Source: Chloroflexota bacterium (GTDB taxonomy: Bacteria > Chloroflexota > UBA11872 > VXOZ01). From it: a stretch of DNA of 64,000 bases. Numbering within the stretch: position 1 is the first letter of the stretch; every line of letters begins with the position of its first letter. Below are positions 31,143 through 41,192 of this stretch, piece by piece. Position numbers and translations under genes: made by a program. Under the pieces are notes generated by a model. It had not been told where the DNA came from. It worked only from the letters and a program-made list of their open reading frames with translations, and made no database searches. The stretch covers positions 608,001 to 672,000 of the forward strand of contig OZ244922.1 in assembly GCA_965221905.1 (NCBI GenBank), in the 5' to 3' direction.

Positions 31143-31829
31143 ATAACGCCGCCTGCGTGCCTTCAGCAACTTTCAAGCCTCCCACCACAGATATTCAATT
31201 GCCAATAGTAGCAGCAATGTGCAGAAGTGGCATGAATGGGCACCGCAAGCCCCGGTTAGATTCACCATCTGTGGAAAGGGAGTTGCAAACGAGGGCACCG
31301 ACCCCGCGCAAGCCCCGCCACTGGTCGAGTGTACTCCGCATCCTGTGGAAACGCTGGTGTAGCCGCCCACTCGCCTTATGCCATGAGATAGGGCCTCGAG
31401 CTTTATACTTCAGTTGAGAATCCCTACTGGCAGTCTCTAGAGTCTTGCCATGCCAAGAAGCCCAGTACGCCGGCGAGACTTTACACCGCGATTTCCAAAG
31501 TGCTACCGTAAAGATTGAGCAATACTACAACAAATGAAGTAATGCGGCGGCGTCACAGGCGGGAGTCGGCGTGGCGCGCCGCAAGGGACGGGGCTCTTGG
31601 CTTTCCCAATGGATACCTTTGCACAACTTGGGTCGAATGTGCAGAGTCCCCTCTCCCTCAATGGAAAGGGCTAGAGCCTGCCCCGTACTTGATACGGGGG
31701 TGAGGATGGACTCTATCCATTACCCTTCGATCCTGCCCGCTTAGTTGAGATGTGCAAAGGTCGCCAAAGAGACTGTTTCCCACCAGTATCATACTTTCGG
31801 CAAGTACAAGAATTGAGAGGCTTTAGAAC

Positions 31830-32903
31830 ATGGCTGTAAACGGAACCCCCCAGACTGACGACTTGGTTAACGCGCTGCGCGTTGTGCAGGACCCCGATCT
31901 GCATAAAGACATCGTTACGCTGAACATGGTGCGTGAAATGACCTACGAGAAAGGCACGGCGGCCTTTCAGTTAGTATTGACTACCCCCGCGTGCCCGATG
32001 AAGGAGCACCTGGAAAACGAGTGTCGGAAGGCGCTGATGGCCGTGCCCGGCGTACAGGCCGTGGAGATCGATACGCGGTCGGAAGTGGCCAAGCGCATGT
32101 CCCCCGAATCGGCGGAATTCTTGACGGACGTGAAGAACGTGCTTTTCGTTGGGAGCGGTAAGGGTGGGGTCGGCAAGTCCACCACCGCCGTGAATCTGGC
32201 AATCGCGCTGGCGCAGACCGGCGCTACGGTGGGGTTGCTGGACGCCGACGTCTACGGCCCGAATATCCCCATGATGATGGGATCGGAGGCGCAATTGCGG
32301 GGCGCGGGCAGCAAGGTGATCCCCGCTGAGGCCTACGGCATTACGCTCATGTCCGCCGGATTCGTCATCAAGCCGGAACAGGCCATGATCTGGCGCGGGC
32401 CAATTGTTCATCGTTTGCTCACGCAGTTTCTCAGTGACGTGCACTGGGGCGAGCGCGACTACCTGGTGGTGGACCTGCCGCCCGGCACCGGCGATGCGCC
32501 TCTCAGCTTAGCGCAGTCCATCCCCGGCGCGGGCGCTGTGATTGTCTGCACCCCGCAGGACGTGGCCCTGGCCGACGCCCGCAAGGCCATCGGCATGTTC
32601 CAACAACTGCGCGTGCCGATTTTGGGCATCGTGGAGAATATGAGCTACTTCCTCTGCCCCCGCTGCGACGAACGCACGGAAATCTTCAGCCACGGCGGCG
32701 CGCGCCAAGCGGCTGAAGCGATGGGCGTGCCTTTCCTCGGCGAGGTGCCGCTAAACGTCGCCATCCGCGAAGGCGGCGACAACGGCAAGCCGATTACGGC
32801 TATCCAACCCGACTCACCCCTGGCCGCCATCTACCGCGACGTCGCCGGCGCAGTAGCCCAACAAATCAGCATCGTCGGCCAAGAAGCGGTAGTAATCAAC
32901 TAG
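31830..32903 (+). CDS. mrp: Mrp/NBP35 (ApbC) Fe-S cluster carrier ATPase
   Basis: N-terminal ACP domain, GKGGVGKST, DADVYGP, DLPPGTGD, ENMSYFLCPRC. Confidence 0.95.
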   Translation: MAVNGTPQTDDLVNALRVVQDPDLHKDIVTLNMVREMTYEKGTAAFQLVLTTPACPMKEHLENECRKALMAVPGVQAVEIDTRSEVAKRMSPESAEFLTDVKNVLFVGSGKGGVGKSTTAVNLAIALAQTGATVGLLDADVYGPNIPMMMGSEAQLRGAGSKVIPAEAYGITLMSAGFVIKPEQAMIWRGPIVHRLLTQFLSDVHWGERDYLVVDLPPGTGDAPLSLAQSIPGAGAVIVCTPQDVALADARKAIGMFQQLRVPILGIVENMSYFLCPRCDERTEIFSHGGARQAAEAMGVPFLGEVPLNVAIREGGDNGKPITAIQPDSPLAAIYRDVAGAVAQQISIVGQEAVVIN

Positions 32904-32915
32904 GGTCAGTTGACC

Positions 32916-35828
32916 TCAATCATCTAAATTCAATAGATCGAAGTAGCCCTTGCGCAGTAAGTTTTCACGGGCGCGGGTGGCATTACTCTTTGCGTATTCA
33001 TCGCCACTATCAAAGCCCGCTCGAATGATGCGCTTTGCTGTCTCAGTCCCAACATAGAAAGTAGAGTCATTGGGAGTGTCGGTTAGCTTTGCAAAACACT
33101 CAACCACCTTGGTCGTATGCCCTGGCAGCATCTCTTCCAAGGCTTTGGCAACTATCGAAACCGCCTGGAAAGTAGATCCTCTGGTAGCGTCCAAGACCCT
33201 TGAGAATGCGTTCAAGCGCCACTCTGCTTCCAGGCAATTGGCCTTTAGCAAAGCGGAGTAGTGAACTAATTCGTCAGAATCTCCTAATTCTAGCCGCCAT
33301 TCGAAGAATTCAACCAACCTACATTTCAAGTCTTCCGGCAAGTCCTCCTTTGTATTCTCAAGTTTGAGTCCAAGGTGGTCGACTAAGTTCGACCAGCGCT
33401 TGCGGTCGTGTTCCGTGCCCAAATAATAGCGCTCCAAGAGACTATCCTCACCTTTGAGCGGATACAAATCCCAAAGGTAATACATGAACAGATGCTGGCC
33501 GAGATAGTCTGAGAACTCTCTATCAGATTCGTCTCGTCCCTTGATTTTGGTCAACTGCTGGACTCCGAATTCGTAGTCCTTGCCAAGTTCTTCAAATGCC
33601 CGGACATTGGGGCCAAATCTACGTAAGTAACTGCCGAATGCCACCTGCCAGTCATCTGGCCTCTTCTGGGGAAAGATGTCTGACTTGTGATCCAGTGCCC
33701 AAGTTTCATCGAAACCAAGTAGACGTACGTAGTTTGCACCAAGGATTGCACGCTCCGGCAACGTCAGGGGTAAATCTCTCTCGATAGCGAAGCGCTTCAA
33801 TAGAACTGTCTTGACCTCGCCAAAGTCGGTGTCCGGGTCGATTCTCTGGAGCCAAAGACCGAATTCCATCAGGTACTCGAGTGCACGACTGCGAGTGTTG
33901 TTTATAGCTGTAGTGAGGTAATCATTGCTTCCAAAGAATTCTGGATTATCCTTGTCTAATCGCCAATCGAACTGTGTACACAGCATCTCAAGGAGTCCCG
34001 CCAAGCGCGCTTTAGCAATTATCGGCGCATTGACCTCCTTCTTTGTGCAGGTGTGTACGAGATGTCCTACTGCTTGGCGTGCTCTAGCCCAACTGGGATT
34101 GGACCTTGACTGTTCGCCACGACTAAAATCGTGCTCGTATTCTTGATCAGGATGCGAAAGCACCCATTCGCAGAATTCTAAACACTCGTCTAGTCTGACG
34201 AAGTCCTTTTCTTCTATGCGCTTCGCCATTCCTTCAATAATTGCCCGCACATAGATGGGACGTTCAATCCGATCCCGATTGTCCATCCAGAATCCGAATC
34301 GGTCAGAATTAGGCAGAATGCTCTCCATGAAAGCGGTTTGAAACGCCTCGGCCAGCCCTTCAATACTGATATCTACGAATGAACCGTCCTCGTCAACCTC
34401 GTAAGGTCGCTCTTCTTGCCAAGCATTTATGTAGTCAAGTATTCCCTGATCACTCTTAGCTGCGAGCTCCTGAGGTGAGATTGGACTTCCGCGCGAAATG
34501 GTTCTTGCCTCGGGTTCACTGACCGGGGAATAGTCTTCATCAGTAATCTGATTGTCTGCTTCAGCTTCTAGCTCTTGAAAGTAATTCAGGTATTTCCCAA
34601 AGAGAATGGAACCAAACGGTTTGAGTTGCATCCGATGAAAGTGGCGCTGACGCACCGCAAACAAGCTCTCAGTAAATCGTTCACCGTAGTGCTCCTTGAA
34701 AGCCTCCTTAGATGGTCCAAGGAGTATGTGGTCGAAGATTGATTTGCGCTCTTGTTCCGTCAGTAATTCTTCGCCAAAGTGCTCAATTGCGCTTTGTACC
34801 ATCAGGTGGAATTCATAGTGGTGTTCAGAACGCCGGTAGTCGTCGTGCGAGTTTATCATCTGTTGAATCCAAGGTTTGGTTTGCTCTGTCGGATAGTGCA
34901 CATAGAGATGTTGTCGTAGGCGCTTGAAGAGCTTCCACCGCTGCTTTCGAAGTCGTTCATCTAAGGCATCAATAGAATCCGGATCTTCTTCATATACTTG
35001 CTCGCAGGCAGAGGTCATCGTGTAGATGAGTAGCTCCTCGGGTTCGCCATAGCCCTCGTACTTGCCTCTGAGCCGTGGATACCAGACTTCAGAGTAGTCT
35101 TCGTCTCCGTCTCTTTCGATTAGATCTTGGTGCATGCCAAGATATGTCATCCTCGCCACGGCACTAATCAGGATGCAAGCTGTCTTGAACGGTTCCTTCT
35201 CGATTAGAGGCCGGATACCTCTAGTCAGTATTTCGCGGTAGTCCCAGCTCTCAAACCGCGGGACAGGTTCGAGATAGGTTAACAAGCCATCGGAATCTTC
35301 CTTGTATCGACTGCGCTTTTCGCTATCTTTGCGATCAGGCAAGAATCCGATTAATTTAGTTGCAAGCAAAAGTGCGGCGTCGGTTTCCTCTTCTGTCGTC
35401 CAGTAGGCTAACAGGCTCGAGTATCTGTGAGCCATGGTCTGAAATTCTAGCTCTGTATATTCGAGCATCTTGTCCTTGAGTCTTGCTGATTGTTTTCCAG
35501 GCAGCTCTAGTGCTATCTCCAACACAACGCTATAGATATTTGGGTTATCGACTCTTGGTATACCTGACAAGATCTCAACAACCTCTTCCGGACGGCACTT
35601 AGCGATATTCCTGAGATATTGAAGCTCTGGCCAAAAGGGGAATTGAACAGAACCGTCAGGGAGTGTAAGAGCGTTTGGGGGAGAAGTGAAGCAGCCGCGG
35701 TCAGAAAGTGGTTGAATCCACAAGGGATTGTTGAGACGCGAGAAGAAGAATTGCCGGTCAATTTCCCTCTTTGCCGACCCCAAGGCGCTGTCTACTGTTT
35801 CAGCTGTTGGTGTCTTCCAGGATTTCAT
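32916..35828 (-). CDS. Large hypothetical protein (970 aa), predicted alpha-helical solenoid; defence candidate
   Basis: Long AT-richer ORF; FFSRLNNPLW..PL..GCF..PP N-terminus; no catalytic motif recognised. Confidence 0.8.
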   Translation of the reverse strand: MKSWKTPTAETVDSALGSAKREIDRQFFFSRLNNPLWIQPLSDRGCFTSPPNALTLPDGSVQFPFWPELQYLRNIAKCRPEEVVEILSGIPRVDNPNIYSVVLEIALELPGKQSARLKDKMLEYTELEFQTMAHRYSSLLAYWTTEEETDAALLLATKLIGFLPDRKDSEKRSRYKEDSDGLLTYLEPVPRFESWDYREILTRGIRPLIEKEPFKTACILISAVARMTYLGMHQDLIERDGDEDYSEVWYPRLRGKYEGYGEPEELLIYTMTSACEQVYEEDPDSIDALDERLRKQRWKLFKRLRQHLYVHYPTEQTKPWIQQMINSHDDYRRSEHHYEFHLMVQSAIEHFGEELLTEQERKSIFDHILLGPSKEAFKEHYGERFTESLFAVRQRHFHRMQLKPFGSILFGKYLNYFQELEAEADNQITDEDYSPVSEPEARTISRGSPISPQELAAKSDQGILDYINAWQEERPYEVDEDGSFVDISIEGLAEAFQTAFMESILPNSDRFGFWMDNRDRIERPIYVRAIIEGMAKRIEEKDFVRLDECLEFCEWVLSHPDQEYEHDFSRGEQSRSNPSWARARQAVGHLVHTCTKKEVNAPIIAKARLAGLLEMLCTQFDWRLDKDNPEFFGSNDYLTTAINNTRSRALEYLMEFGLWLQRIDPDTDFGEVKTVLLKRFAIERDLPLTLPERAILGANYVRLLGFDETWALDHKSDIFPQKRPDDWQVAFGSYLRRFGPNVRAFEELGKDYEFGVQQLTKIKGRDESDREFSDYLGQHLFMYYLWDLYPLKGEDSLLERYYLGTEHDRKRWSNLVDHLGLKLENTKEDLPEDLKCRLVEFFEWRLELGDSDELVHYSALLKANCLEAEWRLNAFSRVLDATRGSTFQAVSIVAKALEEMLPGHTTKVVECFAKLTDTPNDSTFYVGTETAKRIIRAGFDSGDEYAKSNATRARENLLRKGYFDLLNLDD

Positions 35829-36465
35829 TCATCCCCTTTATTCGCTCATATGCGCTACTTGCTGCAGCGTATAGCATCGATTGAAGCGTTTTAAAGTGCT
35901 TTTCGGTCTTAAGTCGTTCTTCTGCGGAGAAGGGGCGTTTCCGGCAATGTGCGAACTTTACAAACCAACTTCTAGCCTCTTTCCACTCGTCCAATAGATT
36001 CCCAGGGATTCTGTCAATATCGTCATAGTCCAAGAATGTCCTAAAGAACAGGTAGTTGTTTAGGTCGTTCCTTTCGGCGCCGGTGTCATGTTCTACAAGC
36101 AGTTCCCTTACCTTTGCACAGGCTTCGAAGGTAACCAAGTGACCTCCCGCGTCATCGCTTTCTCCAAAGTCGCCTCTTGTGGAATTGATCCCGCGACCCC
36201 CCCATTCGTCCTTCCACTTTTTCTTTACGGTTTCAGTTAATTGCTTGTATTGCACTCGTCCCCCATCAGTGCCTGCAACAGTCCGAGCCAGATAGTTTGC
36301 GAAATCTCTTCCTACGTGAGCAATGATCGTAATGTAACCTGGGGTTTTGGCATTTAGGGAATGGATAGCCATTCCGTAGGCCTCCGCAAATACCGGCAGA
36401 TCTAACTCTTCGTTGATCCAGTTAAGAACGACCTGTTGTTTTCTTGTGAGATTGACGTTCGCCAA
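35800..36465 (-). CDS. Hypothetical protein (~221 aa), possible HEPN-like effector
   Basis: AGGA RBS before TTG 36465; AHVGRD and R-WFVKFAH motifs; overlaps the next gene by 29 nt. Confidence 0.7.
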   Translation of the reverse strand: MANVNLTRKQQVVLNWINEELDLPVFAEAYGMAIHSLNAKTPGYITIIAHVGRDFANYLARTVAGTDGGRVQYKQLTETVKKKWKDEWGGRGINSTRGDFGESDDAGGHLVTFEACAKVRELLVEHDTGAERNDLNNYLFFRTFLDYDDIDRIPGNLLDEWKEARSWFVKFAHCRKRPFSAEERLKTEKHFKTLQSMLYAAASSAYERIKGMNEILEDTNS

Positions 36466-36540
36466 ATTGCCGGTTCCTGTAGATATAGCCAAGTACGAGA
36501 TCAAACCAAGTCTTCTCTTCCAGGATATAATCGAACTCAA

Positions 36541-37347
36541 TTAACTCGCGCCGGATTTGCCGAGGAAGACTTGGGTGAGGATGTCGGTGGAGCGGATGGA
36601 TTCGGGGGTGCCGGTGAAGACGATGCGGCCTTTATCCAGCACGTAGGCGCGGTCTACTATGTCGAGGACGCCCTTGATGTTGTGCTCGACGATCACGATG
36701 GTCGTCTTGAGCCGTTCGCTGATTTCAGACACTCGCTCAAAGACCTCTTTGACGACGATAGGCGCGAGGCCCAGGGTCGGTTCATCCAGCAGGAGCACAT
36801 CGGGAGCCGCCATGAGGCCGCGGCCCAGGGCGAGCATCTGCTGCTGCCCGCCGGACATTTGGCTGGCCAGGTCGCGGCGCTTGCTCTGCAGGATGGGGAA
36901 GATCCGCATCACTTCGTCGAGACGGCGATTCTTTTCCGCCTTGTCTTTCAAGGAGAGGCAGCCCATCTCCAAGTTTTCCTCTATGGTGAGGTGCGTGAAG
37001 ACGCGCCTGCCCTGTGGGACGAAGGCAATGCCCTCTTTCACGATCTCATGGGTCTTTGCCGCCAGTCGCTTCCGCCGCCACAGGACCTCACCGGCCACGA
37101 CGGGCGCAAGACCCATGACGGCCTTGAGCACCGTAGACTTGCCGGCGCCGTTAGGGCCCATCACGGCCACGACCTCACCCTTGCTTACGCCCAACGAAAC
37201 CTCATCGAGAGCGACCACGGCCCCGTAGTGCACGGATATGCCGGAGAGCTCGAGGATCGGCGCGCCATTGGCGGCTGGGCCGTGCGCGTCGGCGGCAGCG
37301 GGCGGATTGGGGATCTGCGCTTCGGTTTTCTCTTCCGGTGTGTCCAT
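36541..37347 (-). CDS. livF: Branched-chain amino acid-type ABC transporter ATPase (LivF-like)
   Basis: GPNGAGKST, VPQGRRVF, MSGGQQQM, LLDEPTLGLAP. Confidence 0.9.
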   Translation of the reverse strand: MDTPEEKTEAQIPNPPAAADAHGPAANGAPILELSGISVHYGAVVALDEVSLGVSKGEVVAVMGPNGAGKSTVLKAVMGLAPVVAGEVLWRRKRLAAKTHEIVKEGIAFVPQGRRVFTHLTIEENLEMGCLSLKDKAEKNRRLDEVMRIFPILQSKRRDLASQMSGGQQQMLALGRGLMAAPDVLLLDEPTLGLAPIVVKEVFERVSEISERLKTTIVIVEHNIKGVLDIVDRAYVLDKGRIVFTGTPESIRSTDILTQVFLGKSGAS

Positions 37348-37665
37348 TGGGTTGTCCTGCGTTGAAATCCACGGGCGCTCAGCCGGGGAACGCGGCTAGT
37401 AGCTCTTCAAGCTGTATTTGCTCTAATGGTACACCCTCACCCTAGCCCTCTCCCTCATGGAGAGGGAACAGGATCGGAGCTTGGGATTCAACTAGGGCTA
37501 CGCATCTACCGTATCAGGAAATCGCCAGTATCAGGCACTTGTCAGCAATTTTCATAGAACACTTCTTGGCTATTGCTAGCTTCAGGTATCCGCCTGTATT
37601 CGGCACTTGCTACCACGATGTATCCACTAGCATCAAGATTCCGTCTGGATTGGGTCGATTCTGTT

Positions 37666-38427
37666 CTACACGCCCAAGTACGCGTCGATTACCTTCGGTC
37701 GGCTCAAGACCTCGTCGACGGCGCCTTCCGCGAGGAGGCTGCCGCTATCCAGGATGATAAGGTGGTCGGAAAGCTCGCGCACGATATCCATGTTGTGGGA
37801 GATGAAGACGATAGTGTCGCCTTGTTCCCGCATGCGGTTCATAATTCCTTTCACCTTCTCCACCATCTCGGGAAAGAGGCCGGCAAAGGGTTCATCGAAG
37901 AGGTAGATATCCGCCTCCATGGCCATGGCGCGGCCGATTTCCAGTAGTTTGCGCTGACCGTAGGACAGGTTCATGGCGAGGGCATCCCGCTTTTCCCACA
38001 GGCCGACAATGTCTAAAATGCCGCGCACCTTATCCCGTTGCACCGGCTTTACCCGCTCAAGCAGAGCGGGAAAGAGCCGACGCTCGGTCAAGACCACCAT
38101 GAGGTTATCCCACACGGTGACCTGGTCGAAGAGCCGTACCTCTTGAAACGTGCGGGTCAGGCCGTGGGCCGGGTTTTCGTGGGCTTTCACCACTTTCAGG
38201 CTGATACCGTCTATAACTACAATGCCTCCGTCCAGGGGCAGCACGCCGCTGAGGAGATTCACCAGCGTGGTCTTGCCCGATCCATTCGGCCCGGCGATGC
38301 TGGTTAAGCCCTTCTTGGGAATGGAAATGGAGAGCTTCCGCACCGCTCGCACGGCGCCAAAGTGTTTCGAGATACTATCCGTCTGTATGACGTAGTGGTC
38401 GTCGATTTTCTCTGAACCGGGTCTCAT
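37666..38427 (-). CDS. livG: Branched-chain amino acid-type ABC transporter ATPase (LivG-like)
   Basis: GPNGSGKTT, RTFQ, LSYGQRKLLE, DEPFAG, AYLG; ATGA overlap with livM. Confidence 0.9.
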   Translation of the reverse strand: MRPGSEKIDDHYVIQTDSISKHFGAVRAVRKLSISIPKKGLTSIAGPNGSGKTTLVNLLSGVLPLDGGIVVIDGISLKVVKAHENPAHGLTRTFQEVRLFDQVTVWDNLMVVLTERRLFPALLERVKPVQRDKVRGILDIVGLWEKRDALAMNLSYGQRKLLEIGRAMAMEADIYLFDEPFAGLFPEMVEKVKGIMNRMREQGDTIVFISHNMDIVRELSDHLIILDSGSLLAEGAVDEVLSRPKVIDAYLGV

Positions 38428-39479
38428 AGCTTGTACCTCCCAACCAGGCCCTGGGGCCGGAAGAGCATCAGCAGCACTAACAGAATGCCCAGCACGACGA
38501 GCCGGGCCTGACCGACGTGAACGGTAGGCAGAAACGGCAGGAAGCGCATACCCTCTTCCAGCAGCACGAAGGCCATGGCGCCCAGCAGCGAGCCCCAGAT
38601 GGTGGCCAGCCCGCCGAGGATTACGATGGCAACGAGCAGCATGGATTCCAGGAGAATGAAAGAGTTTGGGTCTACGAAGGTCGTCCAACTCGCAAAGAGC
38701 CCGCCGGCCAGACCCGCCATCATAGCTGAAATGGTCCAGACCGCCAGCTTGTAGTGGGTGGTTTGGTAACCAAAGACCGCAATTGCTTCCTCGTCCTCAC
38801 GGATGGTGGTCAGTACCCGCCCAAATGACGATGTCACGATGAGCCAGGAAAGCAGCACGATGAATGCGAGAAACGCGAGGATGAACAGGAGGAACTCTAG
38901 CTCTCCGTCGAGCGTGAACCCGCCTATCGCAGGCCGGGCTACCTCATGAATGCCGAATGCGCCGCGGGTGAGGCCGCGCCAATTCAAGAAAACGTTGAAG
39001 CTGATGATAGCGAAGCCGAACGAAACAAGGACGTAGATATCGTCCCGAAACCGGTTGAAGACCACGCCTACGGCAATGGCAATGACCCCGGCGAGCAGTA
39101 CGCCCACAGGCAGCGCCGCAAAGAAGGGCCAACCAAAGGTAGGGATAGCCTCGGTGCGCAGTTGGTCGTACTCAGCTTTCGACGTGAGGATCGCGACCGT
39201 GTAGGCGCCGATGCCAAAGAAGCCGATGTGGCCCACTGAGAGTAGGCCGGTAAACCCCACAACGAGGTTCAGGCTGACTGCCAGAATCGCCCAGATCGCA
39301 AAGACGGTACCCACCGTGATGGCGAATCCGACTCCCTGCCACAGCATGAAACCAAGCGCCCACGCGATGATCAGCAGATTAGCCCACAGTTCCACATTGC
39401 TCTTGGCGGCTGCCAGGAATTCCTGTGGATTGCCAAGAAGCCGCGTGGGCTTTCCGCTGCTTTGTGTGTCCGGTTGCAT
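38424..39479 (-). CDS. livM: Branched-chain amino acid-type ABC permease (LivM-like)
   Basis: SLNLVVGFTGLLSVGH, FGRVL..IREDE, ILGG, RPQGL. Confidence 0.9.
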   Translation of the reverse strand: MQPDTQSSGKPTRLLGNPQEFLAAAKSNVELWANLLIIAWALGFMLWQGVGFAITVGTVFAIWAILAVSLNLVVGFTGLLSVGHIGFFGIGAYTVAILTSKAEYDQLRTEAIPTFGWPFFAALPVGVLLAGVIAIAVGVVFNRFRDDIYVLVSFGFAIISFNVFLNWRGLTRGAFGIHEVARPAIGGFTLDGELEFLLFILAFLAFIVLLSWLIVTSSFGRVLTTIREDEEAIAVFGYQTTHYKLAVWTISAMMAGLAGGLFASWTTFVDPNSFILLESMLLVAIVILGGLATIWGSLLGAMAFVLLEEGMRFLPFLPTVHVGQARLVVLGILLVLLMLFRPQGLVGRYKL

Positions 39480-39485
39480 GCGCTT

Positions 39486-40835
39486 CTACTTCCTCGGCAA
39501 GAGGCCTTTGGGCCAGAACGATAGAAACAGAATCAAGAGTACGAAAGAGATGACGTCCCGCCACTCACCCGCCAAGTCCCAGATGCCGAATTGTTCGATC
39601 ATTCCCAGCACGAATCCGCCAACAATGGCGCCTTGCAGGTTGCCAATACCGCCGACCACGGACGCGATCCAGCCTTTTAGGAGGAGCAGCAGCCCCATCC
39701 GGGGTTGTATAGCCGTATCGTGACCGCTCAAGATACCAGCCAAAGCCGCATAGACTGCGCCGATGAAGAATACAACGGCGATCACTGTGGTGGTGTTTAT
39801 GCCCACCACCTTCGAGACCTCTTCATCGTCGCCGATGGCCCGCACCGCCTTGCCGAACGCGGTCTGCTTGAGCAAAAACTGCAAGAACAAGAAGCCCAAA
39901 AGCGCGACGCCGACGGTGAACATGTTGAAGCCTTTGATGCTCGCCCCGGCGATGGTCAATGGATCGCTGCCGAGGGCTTCAGGCAGGGGACGCGGCGTGC
40001 TCTCGAAAACTATGCTGGTAAAGGCGGTGATTGCCAGCAGGATGCCAAGCGTTGCAACCAACATGATCAGCGGCGACCGCGACCGTTCCCGCATGTACAC
40101 GTACAGGCCGCGGTAGAGGGCAAGGCCGACGACTCCCGCCAGGAAGCAGGAGACTCCCCAACTCAGATAGAGCTTCGAGTCGGGAGCATTGGCGATGAGA
40201 TAGCCGCAGTACGCTCCCAAAGCCGCTGCCGCAGCGCCGGTGACGCTGACAGCTGCCAGCAAGATGCGGCCGGCAACGATGCCTTGATAGGCCTGATACA
40301 GTGCCCAGGTCAGAGCTGCAGCCACCCCGATGCCGATCACGGGGCTAAGGGTGAGGTGCAAGTCTTTAGGATACGTAAGCACGAAGCCCGTGTAGACTCC
40401 TGCCCCAGCCGCGAGCACTCCGCCGACGCCATACAGAATGGATCGATTAACACGCGATCGAATGCGGGGATACATGCTTTCGTAGAGTGCCCAGGCCACG
40501 ACGCCGGCGGTCACTGCGGCGTAGAGGACGTTCACGAATACATTGTTCACCGCATACAGCCCGCCGAGGGTCTCTTGCGACCGCAGGTAGAATACGCCGT
40601 ATGCGCCCAGCGCAGCCGCCGCTCCATAGTACAGATCAAAGAACCAGACGGTGCTATAGACCAGAGTAAACCCCATCGCCAGCAGGGCGTACACCGCCCC
40701 CACAGACAAGCCGTTGAAGGCAAACTGCAGGGCTTGGTCGGGAGACTCGCTGATCTTCCAACCGACGTAGGCCGCAGCGGCCGCTGCTAGAACTATTGCC
40801 AGGAGGTTATTCAGGCTAGGACGTTGGGCAATCAA
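39486..40835 (-). CDS. livH: Branched-chain amino acid-type ABC permease (LivH-like), internally expanded
   Basis: NGLSVGAVYALLAMGFTLVY, GKAVRA, VVGGIGN, PKGL; 449 aa, longer than typical LivH. Confidence 0.88.
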   Translation of the reverse strand: MIAQRPSLNNLLAIVLAAAAAAYVGWKISESPDQALQFAFNGLSVGAVYALLAMGFTLVYSTVWFFDLYYGAAAALGAYGVFYLRSQETLGGLYAVNNVFVNVLYAAVTAGVVAWALYESMYPRIRSRVNRSILYGVGGVLAAGAGVYTGFVLTYPKDLHLTLSPVIGIGVAAALTWALYQAYQGIVAGRILLAAVSVTGAAAAALGAYCGYLIANAPDSKLYLSWGVSCFLAGVVGLALYRGLYVYMRERSRSPLIMLVATLGILLAITAFTSIVFESTPRPLPEALGSDPLTIAGASIKGFNMFTVGVALLGFLFLQFLLKQTAFGKAVRAIGDDEEVSKVVGINTTTVIAVVFFIGAVYAALAGILSGHDTAIQPRMGLLLLLKGWIASVVGGIGNLQGAIVGGFVLGMIEQFGIWDLAGEWRDVISFVLLILFLSFWPKGLLPRK

Positions 40836-41192
40836 GTGCGTTCTCTCTAAGCGGATTTTACGTAGGTGTAGTGGTCACACGGAACCTGACGTGCCGGTCT
40901 CTGCCAAAGGCTCCCTGACTAGCCGATTCAATTCTATGCGTGCAATGGCGATGTCGCGCCCGATGGTCAGTTCGTCCGGAGCGCTAGCCAACCCAATAGT
41001 ACAGGGAGCAAGTAGCCGCTTGCCCGGATACTTGCGGTTTCCGGCCAAAAAATGTCCAAAGGACGGTTGGCGTTGTGGCCGCTCAGCCTGCGCTTGCCGA
41101 AGTATAAAGGTGTGAAGGGTCCGGCAAGAGTTACGCGCGAGCGGCTCTCTTGCAGGCATGCTAGGCATCCTCATTGACGCTAGACGCTCCTC

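Noticed and set aside
36436-40790. Long plus-strand ORFs (309 and 361 aa) opposite the liv genes
   Set aside because: Antisense shadows of well-supported ABC transporter genes
40875-41174. 99-aa ORF between the SBP gene and livH
   Set aside because: No recognisable motif or strong RBS; may be a gene remnant but cannot be supported
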